This document shows positions 49,801-63,260 of a DNA stretch of 64,000 bases, piece by piece. Numbering within the stretch: position 1 is the first letter of the stretch; each line of letters starts with the position of its first letter. Origin of the DNA: Thalia democratica. Taxonomy: Eukaryota. The DNA is taken from the NCBI GenBank assembly GCA_965202585.1, contig OZ241827.1, positions 10,788,001-10,852,000 on the forward strand. The letters run 5' to 3'. Under the pieces are notes generated by a model. It searched no databases and was not told where the DNA came from. It saw only the letters and a list, made by a program, of their open reading frames with translations. A program made the translations under genes and the position numbers.

Positions 49801-52800
49801 TGTTTAATACTGTTATAAAGTATGTTGTTTTTGAACTTTTATAGGATTAAAAGTCAAAGTTTAATGTTGCTAAGTTTATGTTTTTGTATGCAAATGCAAA
49901 GACCAAGAATTTATATAATTTATAATTAATACTTTCATAACCGCTTTAAATGTCTTAAATTTAAGTTCACAATTGAAAACAATATTGACTACTCAAATAT
50001 AGTCTTAAAATATTTTTTTTACTATTTACTAGCTTGTTTTTATGTCTAAATAAAATTTTGAATTAAAGTCTTTTTTGTTGTTTTATTTTAAACTTGTTTC
50101 CAATTTATACTTCTATTTCGATAACTGTGTCTAAATATAAATCTAAACTTGTTATATATCTTAGTCAATAACTTTAGACAATAAACAAAGTTTGCAGTTG
50201 TTAAAAACTATATTTAATTACAATTAAAGCAAAAACTAATATTATGTTTCTTGACCTTTCTAAATAAATCATTCAAACAATTTTTAAATAGAAATAAATT
50301 AATTTTACAACTTTTGAAATAAAGAAATATATGACATTAAGTTAACAATTTTTAAAAACAATTAACTATTAAATTAAGAAAGTTAAGTAAATATTAACTA
50401 GATCACTATAAGCAAAGTGTGATATAAAAAATAATATGTCTACGCCCCTTTCTAGATTAAAAAGAATAAACTTTTCCACGGCTATCTTAATAATTTGATT
50501 TATGTTTAAAACAGTTTTTTAAAACATTTTTTTTAGTAAACTTGTAGAATTAGAGGTCATCTTTGAAACCTTTGATAATATAGATTTTAGTTTTTAGTTC
50601 GTGTTAGTTTTATTTACAAAATTGTTTTATCATATAAACAAATAAGTATAAAGAAATAAAACTAAAGTTATTGCGTTTTCATCACTGTAATACTTTACCA
50701 TACTTTTTAAAAAGATCGTAACTAGTTTGATATTTTTCTTATTCAACGGAAAAAAACACAAATGTTTATCTTTTTGTATTTTTTCTGCAGTACTTATTAC
50801 AAATTAAATAATTGTTTTTAACAAATAGTGAATAGGCACAAAAAAATTATAAATAATTATAACTGTAATAGTAAATAGACATACAGTAAAGTTAGCACAT
50901 TTCAGGTTAAAATAATTGTAAAAGTTTAATTTGCGATATAATTGCTTTTGTGTACAGCTTTATAATGTAAGAGTATTATAATTTTAATTACAACGAAAAA
51001 GATTAGTTATAAATAAGCAAGTAGTACGCATTAATTAGCACAACTTATAATAGAAAGATAACTAAATAATTATATCAAAAACTTTACTGGATCTGATTGT
51101 AAAGAAAGATATAAAACTTATAAATAGTATCAAAAGACTATTTAGTTTCGAAAAAACAAATAACTAATCTTATGAATCTAGTCTCCCAATAAAAATTGGT
51201 TTGAATATTTTAATTATATTATATTCTATTATGAACTTATCATGTTTTTCAATAAATTGTTAAAATAAAGCATACTAACAAATTAAATGATAAATTTTAG
51301 TTAAGCAAATGATAGCTCAGTTATTACAAAAAAAGTTAAAAATGACACAACTTCTAATGTAGGTTAGTAACTAAATTTTGTTCACGGCTATCTAAAAAAA
51401 CGTTTTTTTCTATGTTTGCTAGTATAAATGTTCTAAGCAGTTTTTTTTACTATTGTAGAACTAAATGTCCGTACCAAACTGCAAAATTTTTAGCTTTAAA
51501 AGTATAATATTTACTTTTATAGTTATAGTTATTCACTAACTTGCTTATTTAAAACTTTAATAAAAAAAGTTTTTTATACATTCTAACAACTACTAATAGC
51601 TATTTTGTAAATCCTTCACATAATTTTGTTTTAAGCTTTTGAAAAAACTTTATTCAAGTTTAGATTCTGTTTTTTTTATTAAAACATTGATAAACAAAAA
51701 ATAAGAAAAACATTATATAACCAACTTACAAACAAAATAAAGGATATAATGGTTTTGTCTTTTCAAGCAAAGTTGTAAAAGTGAAGTTAAAGGTCATAAT
51801 TTCTTATCTAAGGTGAAAATTTTAAGTTTGTGCACGACTATCCAACTAAACGTGAAATTACAAATTTACTATGTTTAATACTGTTACAAAGTTACAGTAT
51901 GTTGTTTTTGAACTTTTATAGGATTAAAAGTCAAAGTTTAAATTTGCTAAGTTTATATTTTTTAGTTAAATACTTAGACCTAAAGTTAATGTATTTTAAA
52001 ACTGATATTCCTTTGACCGCTTTAAATGTTTTATACTATTGTTATATTTATTTTTAAAATTGCTTACCTAAAAATAGTTTAAAAAGATGTTACTATTTTA
52101 ATTGTTTTTTACTAGCTTAAAATTTTATTTTAAAAGATTTGAATAGACGTTTTTTATTCTACCCTTTTATAAACAATTTCAATTTATATTTCTTTTTCGA
52201 TAAATGCGTTACGTCAAAAAAAAAAAAATACTGGTAAATGTATCTTAGTCGATAACATTAAATGTTGACTATATTAGGAGCATTTAAATTCAATATTCAA
52301 TTATAACTGAAGCAAAAATATTGTTTCCTTAATCTCTCTCAAAAACTGTTTTTTAATTCTTAATCAACTGATTTGTTTTTGTTTTAAAAATTCTTGGAAG
52401 TTATAACTATCTTATTTAAAAAACAATCAACTGTTAATATAAAAAAGTGAATAATATCTCGGTCGTTTCAAAAAAAAAAAAAAACTTTACAGAAAAAAAA
52501 GTCATATCTTCTTCTCTAAATTAAAAAGCTGAAAGTATTCCACGACTTTCTCAATAAATGTGTAATTACTAGTCTAAGTTATGCTATTTACTATTTTAAA
52601 CGTTTTACTTAATACTTTTTAAAGCTAAAGGTCATCTTTATCATTTTTGGTGATATAAATTTTTGTGTTTAGTTAGTACTAGTTTCACTTAAAATTGTTA
52701 TTTTAATTAACAAAATAAGTACAAAGACTTTAAACTAAAGTTATTCCCTTTAGCCCCTTTGCTGCCTGAGGCCCACTTTGAAAAGCCCTGCTTTAAACTG

Positions 52801-55800
52801 AAGTTATTTAATACCAATAAAAAAAATTATACTTTTCATAATGAATGTATTTAAATTATATCTTATTTAGTTAAAAGAAAAAAAAAACAAACTTCTATCT
52901 TTTTGTATGGTTCTTAAGCAGTACAAAATCTAAAACAAATATTTTTTTTACAATAGTGAACCAGTAAATAAAGTATAAAACCTTTTAGGTTAAAAATATG
53001 CATTCAGTTAGTAAAGTTTAATTTGCAGTATATTTACCTTTGTATAATATTTATAATATAAATTTATCAAGTTTTAACTCACATAGAAACAAAACTTTTA
53101 TTTTAAGTTGAAGTAAATAGAAAGTGTTATTTTGCACAAAACATAAAATAAAGCAACCTAAACTAACTAATATAAAAAATCATTCATGATATACTGTAAA
53201 CGTAAAAAAACTAAACTAAAATAAACTGTAATAATAAAATTTATAAAGTTAAAACTTCTTATACTTACAACTAACCATTAACACGACACAGTTGATCTTA
53301 TCCCAAACGTTAGAAGTAAAGTTTTAAAACACGAGTATTAAAAGAAAAAAAAAGCTTCGTTTCTAGGTTAAAGAGCTAAAACATGCATTTGATGATTTAA
53401 TTAAACGTTTTATTAACAATTTAAGTGATCTTAATCACAATTTTTAAGTTTTTAAAATATTGTTTCAGTACTTTGTAAAGTTAAAGGTCATAGTTAAAAC
53501 ACTTAAGCTTTTTTTCAGATTTTTTTCGTAATTTTAGAATTACATATTACCTGTTTTCGTTTGCTAGGTACGTTGAATACATAATTTATTGGGTTTTTAT
53601 TATTGTAAATTTATCATTAATAGTGAGTAAGTAAGTACAAAGACTTGAAGCTAAATTTATTGTACTTTTATAATTTTAAGAATATAATACACTCCTTAAA
53701 AAACCGTTATTACTGTAGTACGTTTTTGGTTCAAAGAAAAACTACACAGATGTTTACCGTTTTTTTTTATGGATATAGCAGTGCGCAATGAAAAAATATT
53801 TACAATCAGTACAATAAAGTATAAACCCTCTTAGGTAAAAATATACATTCAGTTAGTAAAGTTTAGTTTGCAGTAATGTTTATAATATAAAACTAGCAAA
53901 CCATAACTTACAAAGAAACTATACTTTTTATAATTGAAGAAAATTAAAAACTTTACTTTAAACATAACAACCTAAACAAACTGATCGAAGAAATTAGTCA
54001 ATATAGCTGTAAAGAGTATGAACTTAGATAAATTAAATTAACAAAATTTATAAAAATAAAACTTCTTATACTTACAACTAACTACTAACACAACACATTT
54101 AATCTCAATTCAAATATTATGAGTAAAGTAATAACACAAGAAAAAAAAGAAAAAAAAATCGTTTCTAGGTTAAAGAGCTAAAACATGAACTAGATAATTT
54201 GAATAAACGTGTAGTTATTAATCTAAGTAAAGTTAATCACCGTTTTAAACATTTTAATATATTCTTTTAGTATTTTTCAAGATAAAAGGTCATAGTTAAA
54301 GCGTTTATAACTAATTTCTTTTCAGATTTTCAGATTACTTTGAAGTTACATATAGTTCTTTTTGTTTGCTAGGTACGTTTAATACTTAAGTTGTTATGTT
54401 TTTATGATTGTAAAATTTTATATACTGCTTAAGATACTACTCATTGGTTACTTACTTCAGTAATTAAAACAAGTCTGAAAGGTTTTATCTTTCATTTATC
54501 AATATACATACCACAAAATATAAAATGATTACTAACTTATTTTAAGTAAGTTTAAATGTACAATATGATCAACCCATACTATTTGTAATGGTTTTCAAAC
54601 TCGGTCAAAAAGTAAAAGTGTTTAAAATGGCAGATTGGTTTACTTAGGTTTGTTTTTCATTTAAAAGCAGTCAAAGAAAAAATCACAAACTTCTAGTTAT
54701 ATGTGATGCAAAAGTTACAAGTATTTATTACATAACAATTAAAAAAACGCTATCTAAACAAGCTGATACGTATTAGTATGGTTGTTTCAATTGCTCTATG
54801 TAAGGAAGATAACTTCAAGTTAAAAAACAAAAACTATTAAATGATTACCACTGAGTTGTTAACAACTGAATTTTTTCAGATATATTTATATTAAGTATAA
54901 GCAAAAATTATAGAAAAGCTGTGAGTGTTGTGACATATAGTATAACAATCCGAATTTAGTTTGTCACTTAAAATTTCAAAGCAAAATCCACGTTTAATGA
55001 AACTGCATTTAATTACCAATGTAAAACAGATGATAAACATTTTATTATACTTTTAGAACCTTAGTATTTTTTATCAAGAAGGCTGCTTTAGCATGATACA
55101 ATTTTAATTTTAGTAAAACTAGACTTGAATATTTTTTTTGGTGAGTAAACTCTCTCAAAAACTTTTTTTTTATTTTTAATCAACTGATTAGTTTTTGTTT
55201 TAAAAATTCTTGGAAGTTATAACTATCTTACTTAAAAAACAATCCACTGTTAAAATAAAAAAGTGAATAATATCTCGGTCGTTTCAAAAAAAAAAGATAA
55301 CTTTACAGAAGAAAATGTCATATCTTCTTTTCTAAATTAAAAAGCATAAAGTTTTCCACGACTTTCTCAATAAATGTGTAATTACTAGTCTAAGTCATGC
55401 TATTTACCATTTTAAAACGTTTAACTTAATACTTATTAAAGATAAAGGTCATCTTTAAAATTTTTGGTGATATAGGTTTTTGTGTTTAGTTAGTAATAGT
55501 TTCACTATAAAATTTTTATTTTAATTAACAAGATAAGTACAAAGACTTTAAACTAAAGTTATTCCCTTTAGCCCCTTTGCTGCCTGAGGCCCACTTTGAA
55601 AAGCCCTGCTTTAAACTGAAGTTATTTAATACCAATAAAAAAAATTATACTTTTCATAATGAATGTATTTAAATTATATCTTATTTAGTTAAAAGAAGAA
55701 AAAAACAAACTTCTATCTTTTTGTATGGTTCTTAAGCAGTACAAAATCTAAAACAAATATTTTTTTTACAATAGTGAACCAGTAAATAAAGTATAAAACC

Positions 55801-57998
55801 TTTTAGGTTAAAAATATGCATTCAGTTAGTAAAGTTTAATTTGCAGTATATTTACCTTTGTATAATATTTATAATATAAATTTATCAAGTTTTAACTCAC
55901 ATAGAAACAAAACTTTTATTTTAAGTTGAAGTAAATAGAAAGTGTTATTTTGCACAAAACATAAAATAAAGCAACCTAAACTAACTAATATAAAAAATCA
56001 TTCATGATATACTGTAAACGTAAAAAAACTAAACTAAAATAAACTGTAATAATAAAATTTATAAAGTTAAAACTTCTTATACTTACAACTAACCATTAAC
56101 ACAACACAGTTAATCTTATCCCAAACGTTAGAAGTAAAGTTTTAAAACACGAATATTAAAAGAAAAAAAGCTTCGTTTCTAGGTTAAAAAGCTAAAACAT
56201 GCATTTGATAATTTGAATAAACGTGTTATTAACAATTTAAGTGATCTTAATCACAGTTTTTAAGTTTTTAAAATATTGTTTTAGTACTTTGTAAAGTTAA
56301 AGGTCATAGTTAAAGCACTTATGCTTTTTTCAGATTTTTTCGTAATTTTAGAATTACATATTACCTGTTTTCGTTTGCTAGGTACCTATACGTTGAATAC
56401 ATAAGTTATTGGGTTGTTATGAATGTAAATTTATCATTAATAGTAAGAAAATTGTTTAGTTATTAAAAAATGATAAGTACAAAGACTTGAAACTAAAGTT
56501 ATTGTACTTTTATATTTTTAAGGATATAATACACTCCCTAAAAAACCGTAGTTACTGTATTAAGTTTTTAGTTTAAAGAAGAAATACACAGATGTTTATC
56601 GTTTTTGTATGGATGTAACAATACATAATAAATAAAAAAATATTTACAATCAGTCCAGTAAAGTATAAACCTTCTTAGGTAAAAATATACATTCAGTTAG
56701 TAAAGTTTAGTTTGCAGTAATGTTTATAATATAAAATTAGCATACCATAACTTACAAATAAACTATACTTTTTATAATTGCAGAAAATTAAAAACGTTAC
56801 TTTGCACAAAAGATTAAACAAATCAACCTAAACAATCTGATCGAAGAAATTAGTCAATATAGCTGTAAAGAGTATGAATTAAGATAAATTAAATTAACAA
56901 AATTTATAGAAATAAAACTTCTTATACTTACAACTAACTACTAACACAACACATCTAATCTTAATTCAAATATTATGAGTAAAGTAATAACACAAGAAAA
57001 AAAAGAAAAAAAATCGTTTCTAGGTCAGAGCTAAAACATGAACTCGATAATTTGAATAAACGTGTAATTATTAATCTAAGTAAGTTAATCACCGTTTTAA
57101 ACATTTTAAAATATTCTTTTAGTATTTTTCAAAATAAAAGGTCATAGTTAAAGCGTTTATAACTAATTTCTTTTCAGATTTTCAGATTACTTTGAAGTTA
57201 CATATAGTTCTTTTTGTTTGCTAGGTACGTTTAATACTTAAGTTGTTATGTTTTTATGATTGTAAAATTTTATATACTGCTTAAGATACTACTCATTGGT
57301 TACTTACTTCAGTAATTAAAACAAGTCTGAAAGGTTTTATCTTTCATTTATCAATATACATACCACAAAATATAAAATGATTACTAACTTATTTTAAGTA
57401 AGTTTAAATGTACAATATGATCAACCCATACTTTTTGTAATGGTTTTCAAACTCGGTCAAAAAGCAAAAGTGTTTAAAAAGGCAGATTGTTTAATTTAGG
57501 TTCGTTTTTCATTTAAAAGCATTCAAAGAAAAATTAACAAATTTGTAGTTATATTTGATGCAAAAGTTACAAGTACTATTTACATAACAAATAAAAAAAC
57601 GCTATCTAAAAAAGCTGATTCATATTAGTATGGTTGTTTTAATAGCTCTATGTATGGCAGATAACTTTAAGTTATAAAACAAAAGCTATTAAATGTTTAC
57701 GACTAAGTTGTTAACCACTGATTTTTCTCAGATATATTTATATTAAGTGTGATCAAAAATTATAGAAAATCCGTGAGTGTTATGATGTATAGCACTAAAA
57801 CCCGAATTTAGTTTGTCAATTAAAATTTAAAAACAAAATCCACGTTTAATGAAACTGCATTTAATTACCAATGGAAAACAGATGATAAACATTATATTAT
57901 TCTTTTAGATTCTTAGTAGTTTTTATCAAGAAGGCTGCATTCAAGCATAATACAATTTTAGTTTTAGTAAAACTGAACTTAAATAATTGTTTTGGTGA
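46838..57998. repeat. Nested mosaic tandem array of AT-rich blocks
   Basis: GTTTGTGCACGACTATC.AACTAAACGTG at ~46895, 48045, 49755 and 51826. 47040-49250 recurs at 50835-53000 (shift ~3.8 kb). 52330-55145 recurs at 55145-57995 (shift ~2.8 kb, near-identical), with an internal ~0.8-kb duplication. Confidence 0.9.
52736..52790 (-). mobile_element. 55-bp hAT relic with one intact TIR, copied with the array (also ~48960-49014 and ~55554-55608)
   Basis: Ends CCCACTTTGAAAAGCCCTG (reverse complement CAGGGCTTTTCAAAGTGGG, similar to the TIR at 62599); flanked on both sides by CTTTAAAC (8 bp, central TA). Confidence 0.65.
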
Positions 57999-59303
57999 GT
58001 AATGCCAAAACATACCACAAATACAAACAAACTAACCTATTATCACAAAAAAGTGAAGAAAATAATAACTAGTTCTGTTAAATTCAAGTTTAAGTGCTCG
58101 AATAACTTTGCAATAATTATTATTTTTCTATTAACCTGCTTTTGATTCGAAAATTTAACTTATATGTTATCTAAATAACCGTGTTATTAATATATTTACA
58201 GAGCTTAACTACGGTTTTAGTTCTGTGTATTTTATTTGATCTATTCATATTTTTGCATTAAAAATACTGCTACTTGTATAAACTACTTTAAGTTTATCTT
58301 AGCATATATTCTAGATAAATGTTATCAACTGTAGTTTAATACTTTGCTTTCAGTAAACAGAGTTATTTATTTACTATTCAGATATATTTGAATGTGACAT
58401 AATAGTGCGTTATGCAAAATAAAATATTTATATTTTAATTTTGTTAAAATAAAATAATTTACCAAATATTTTAGCTACGAATAAAAACTATAAACAGCTT
58501 TTTTTTTCGTCCTTTGCATGCTTAAAACTGCTACAAGTAAATTCCCGTTAAAAATTTTAGATAAATTTCTAGATAATTTATTTTCCTTACAGTACTTTAC
58601 AAAATAAAAATAAATTTTGTAAAAAATGTTGATTTAATTATCATTTGTATAAGCAACAATCTACTTTAAACAAGTTAAACGGCTTACGTTAGAAAAATAT
58701 TTTTTGTACTAGTTATTGAACTCTTTGACTATAGTTGACTGTGTAGTTGAAGTACAGTACCGAAGCTTAATCTCAACTATCTTATTTGTTACAGAGTTGT
58801 TGTGATCAGCACATATAATATGACTAACATAGCACATCTATCACTCAACTAACTTGTTTTTAATTTGTTTCAAAACTAAGTAACCATTTTATGTTCTGTA
58901 GTGTTTGTACTAAAGATTAGATCTTTTACTTTAAAATACAGATAAGTTATAACTAAATGTACTTTAAGCAAAGTGTTGTGTATTAACACTTCTTAAAACA
59001 ACTTGATGTTTTTCTAAGTGATAAAGACTTGGAACTAAGTTATCAAAAGTAATAGCTAGAGTATTTAAAAAAAGTTTTATACATAATAATCTACAATATA
59101 AAGCAACTTTATTCATATAATCTTAACGGAAATAAAATAATATATTTCAACTGTATAGTATGTTTACTGCTATAACATTGTGTAGCTAAAAAAAATTTAA
59201 TGGTTTGATTCTGTTGGTTGATAAACTTTTATAATTTATTCATAAAAACATATATGAAGCAATTGTAACTTTTGCAGTTACTGAGTAAAAATGTATTTTG
59301 TAG

Positions 59304-60903
59304 TGAAGTCAACTAAAGGTAGCATTTTTACCTTAAAAGTAGATAAGGACGAATTTGCATCAATTGGCCAAGCCATAGGCCATATAAGATATTGTAGAGG
59401 TATTATTTAATTACTTTCGTTAATAAATAACCATACAAATAAAGCAATAACAAACATTTTTGTATATTTTGAAAGTATTAGTTGTAAAGTTTTAAGTTTG
59501 TAATTTTTATGATACAAAGTAATGAATAAAAATAAATTTTAGTTTTAATTCAGTTATAAGTAAAAATAAAGTTTCATGTAGATAATCATATTTAATTTTG
59601 ATTACTGAGCTAACTTTCAAAAAGCAACACATCTACACGTCGTGCTCAATTAAGCATTTTAAAATGTTTTTGCTTTTTTAAATTTAGTTACTTTGTTTAC
59701 AATAAAGTAAAACATCAGTAATAGATCACACTCAACTAAGTCTTCATAATATTTTAATGAAGTTTCAAAAAACGTACTTACATTTTCAATATGCAAATAA
59801 TGATTTATGAGAATAACATAAAAATACATCTAGGAAGTGCAACTCTACACCAGCAATGTTTGTATTTCGACCAAATTTTAAAGCAAGAAAACCATTTTGC
59901 CTTGGGTTATCACAAGTACAAAGTCGAACCAATACTGTGAGTCATAATAAGTATATTGTATATATTATAACTATAATTCGGCTTAACAAAATAGCTTGAC
60001 AAATAAATAAAAAAATATACAAATTCAATAATTAATAACTGATACTTAAAGATTTTTCTACTATTCTTACTTATTTTAATTGCAACATATCAATACATGT
60101 ACTTATAATTGATAAGCGATTGTTTTTTGCAAAATTTATTACAAGTGTCAGCATTTATGTACAACTTTAAATTAAATTATTTATAAAAATCAAGCCATTT
60201 TGTTTGTTTAAACTTTTACATTAGTATTAAACATTTTTGAAAACTTGAAAAAGTTTTGACAACCAAGTAAACACTTGATCAGTTTTTGTTAATTTTTTTA
60301 ACAGATCTGATGAACAAATGAAAATATACTTTAAAGCTTTAAAGAGTCAATTCAGGAATCATGAACTTACATTTACATTGGAAGTTGAGCCTTCAGACAC
60401 AATTGAAAATGTTAAGGATAAACTTCATAACCAAGAAGGTTAATGCAGTGTAAAATATCAATAAAAGAACTAATCTGAGTTGAACTTTAAAAACAAAAAA
60501 TTCTGCTCTCTATTTTACGAAAAAAACTTGATAAAATTTTTGATAGAATTGTTTAAATTGTCTGCTGTAAAATAACTAAACTTTTAGCTGTTTTTTATTT
60601 AACAACCTCGTTTTTAAACCCTTATTATTGTTGTTTTTCAAAACATTTTGTTACTTAGTTGTAAACTTGTTTCTTTATTAAAAATAAATGTCTTGGAAAA
60701 TAACATGTATAAAACAAATTATTATTTTCTTAGGTTTACCACCAGACACGACCCGTTTTATATTTGCTGGCAAGAAATTGGATTGTGACAGGACTCTATC
60801 ATTTTACGGCATTCAGAATTTGACCACCGTGTTTTTGGTGATGAGACTCCGATCTGGTCCACAAGAAAACTGGTGCAAGTACCTAACCAAAAAGCATTGG
60901 TGA
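59304..60903 (+). CDS. Tandem two-domain ubiquitin-like protein lacking C-terminal di-Gly; exons 59304-59399, 59834-59936, 60305-60438, 60734-60903; start exon uncertain
   Basis: Phase-compatible splicing gives [167 protein letters not shown]. Domain 2 is clearly ubiquitin-like ([20 protein letters not shown]...RTLS.Y.IQ); domain 1 is divergent. Confidence is about 0.9 for the last two exons and about 0.6 for the first two. Confidence 0.8.
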
Positions 60904-61221
60904 TCGCCATTATCACTTTTTTAGAATGTATAAAAATGTTTTTTAGGCACTTTTTTTTTTTGTAAAAACGTTCGTGTAGTTGTTTTGTAAAACTTCTTGT
61001 TTTTTGATGTATTAAACGTTGAGCACTGAAAACATGGCACTTTTGTTTAATTAAATTGTTTTAAATAATTGTCATTGAATAAAAATTTAGGGTTCAGTGT
61101 TGCATAATGATCGCCTGTTATTCAAATGGAGGTGTAAAATGATGAAATATTAACTAGTTTTAACAGCAGTTTAGATAAATTGGTGTGCTGTACAAGTATG
61201 GTGTAGTTAAAATAAATTTAA

Positions 61222-61270
61222 TACAGTAACCTCTCGTATCTTTACGCACTCTCGTTTAGTTACGCATTTT
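61222..61270 (+). mobile_element. Possible pogo/Tc1-mariner-type terminal fragment
   Basis: TA|CAGTAACCTCTCGTATCTTTACGCA; the motif ACCTCTCGTATCTTTACGCA recurs at ~61936. No matching opposite end found. Confidence 0.3.
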
Positions 61271-62221
61271 AATATTCTAAAAAATTCAAAAAATTAAAAT
61301 ACAGTTTATTTTATTGTTGCACAAGTTAGGTTCATTGTATATTTTAAATTTAAAATATATTTTAAAATGCTAACTCACCTCTCCATATTTAGACTTTGTA
61401 AACTTTAATTCTTGACTTATTGAATTACATTTAGTTATACCTCAGTATATCAAAAATTATGTTAACAATAAGAAATTAAATAAAAATTCTAAAAGAAAAA
61501 TGTCTTTTAAATAATAAAAGTATAATGAAATTAAGAGAGTTTAAAACACAAATAAATAATACAGCACTCTTGCCCTATACATGAACTACGCAACACAAAA
61601 TTTAGTATAGACCCCATTCGATTTCTTACATGTAAACAAATGCTTGATCGCAAATTGAATTTGTTAATTAGAAAAGAATATAAATGTTAAGTATCAAATC
61701 AGTCACATTTAAATAAAGATAAAGATAAAATCTACTTAATATCAAAATTAGTAACATTTTTTTACAAGTACTATTATTTCAAATAATTTTATTTATTTTG
61801 GAAATATGTATAGTTTTATCTTTTGTTTTCATATTTATAAATAAAGTAAACAAATTTTTAAAATAGGGAAAGTCCCAAGTTTGCTTTTAATTAGAAGCAA
61901 AACAAAAAACAGCCCTTATAGTAAGTAATTTGGTACCTCTCGTATCTTTACGCATTTTTTCTGTGGTAACAATGTGCATAGATAAGCAAGAGGTTTCTAC
62001 AATTTAAAAATGTTGTTAACTACCAAAGATATCGTTACCCGTACATTAAACAATTGAATATTTAAAAATTGCAGGTAGTATCTAACGAGAAAAACTATTA
62101 TTTATTTAAATTGTTATTAGTTTGTTACTGAATGTTAAGCACCTTAGGTGCTACTTAGGTTTTTCCTGTACTTTATTATTCATACTTAATACATATATAT
62201 ATGACATTTATATATATACAA

Positions 62222-62598
62222 TCGGACACGATTTAACTTGCATTTTGACAACGCCTTTAACACAATTGACTTACAGAATTTTGTTGAAACTGATTCTTTA
62301 ATTGTAGCTCAATTTACTGCATATTCATTTACATTTTATTCATTATTACTATTAATCGGGTAAATAAAAATTTTACTGAAAATTGGTGTCATTTGTGTAT
62401 GCTTAAGTGAATGAATAGATACCACATTTTTAATTTTGTTTTTGGCTCTAATCTAAAAACTTTAGTTATTAAACATAGATCTTTAGCCTTTTTATTCTCT
62501 ATTATCGTAATTAAAGAACAATAAAAAAAGAAAAAGAAAACAGAAAATTTTGAAAAAACAATAAATAGAAGCGTTAAAAAATAATGTTTGGTCTAGTG
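62222..62598 (-). repeat. Third, inverted copy of the distal FReD 3'-UTR / inter-gene segment
   Basis: Reverse complement of ~37737-38112 and ~27505-27882 (e.g. TTTTACTGAAAATTGGTGTCATTTGTGTATGCTTAAGTGAATGAATAG). Confidence 0.85.
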
Positions 62599-63107
62599 CA
62601 GGGTTTCCCAAAGTGGGCGATATCGCCCCCCTGGGGGCGATTTTAGTATTTCGGGGGGCGATAATTAGTAAGGGGGCGAAAGGGTGGGCGATAACTAGTA
62701 AGGGGGCGAAAGGGGGGCGATTTTAAAATTTTGGGTTGTCATAAAATTTTTACTTTTTATTTTGCTATTTTACTAATTTTAGCTTGCTATTAAACATTTG
62801 ACCCTGTGGTAAAACTTAAACAAAAAAGTTTATTGTGTTTATGTAAAATATAGAGAAAAAATCAAGTACTTATGACTCCTACTTTTAAGTTAATTACGTA
62901 TTTTCAATTATATATTTTCTTATTTAACACTTACATAGATCATAGACGATCGGAATTATTTTCACTATTTTTTAAGGTTACATATATGTTACTTAGGATC
63001 ATAAATGGTTTGTAAAAATATATATTTTCTATTATTAACTATCATCTCATGATATCTTCAATTATTTTTTGAAAAGTCACTAAACTAGACTAAGAAATAA
63101 AACTATT

Positions 63108-63260
63108 CAGGGTTGTCAATTTACCTAGAAAAACCTGGAATTTGACAATTTAGGCAAAAACATTTTTTTTAATCTAGAATTTTTAACAATTTCGACATAT
63201 TAAGTAGTAAAATTTCGATTTGACACAAAAAGCTATCATATAGATAAAAATATGCATCTC
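63108..63260 (+). mobile_element. Nested fragment of the CAGGGTTG(T/C)CA / AAAACCTGGA repeat family
   Basis: CAGGGTTGTCAATTTACCTAGAAAAACCTGGAATTTGACAATTTAGGC; related end at 25316-25326. Confidence 0.45.
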
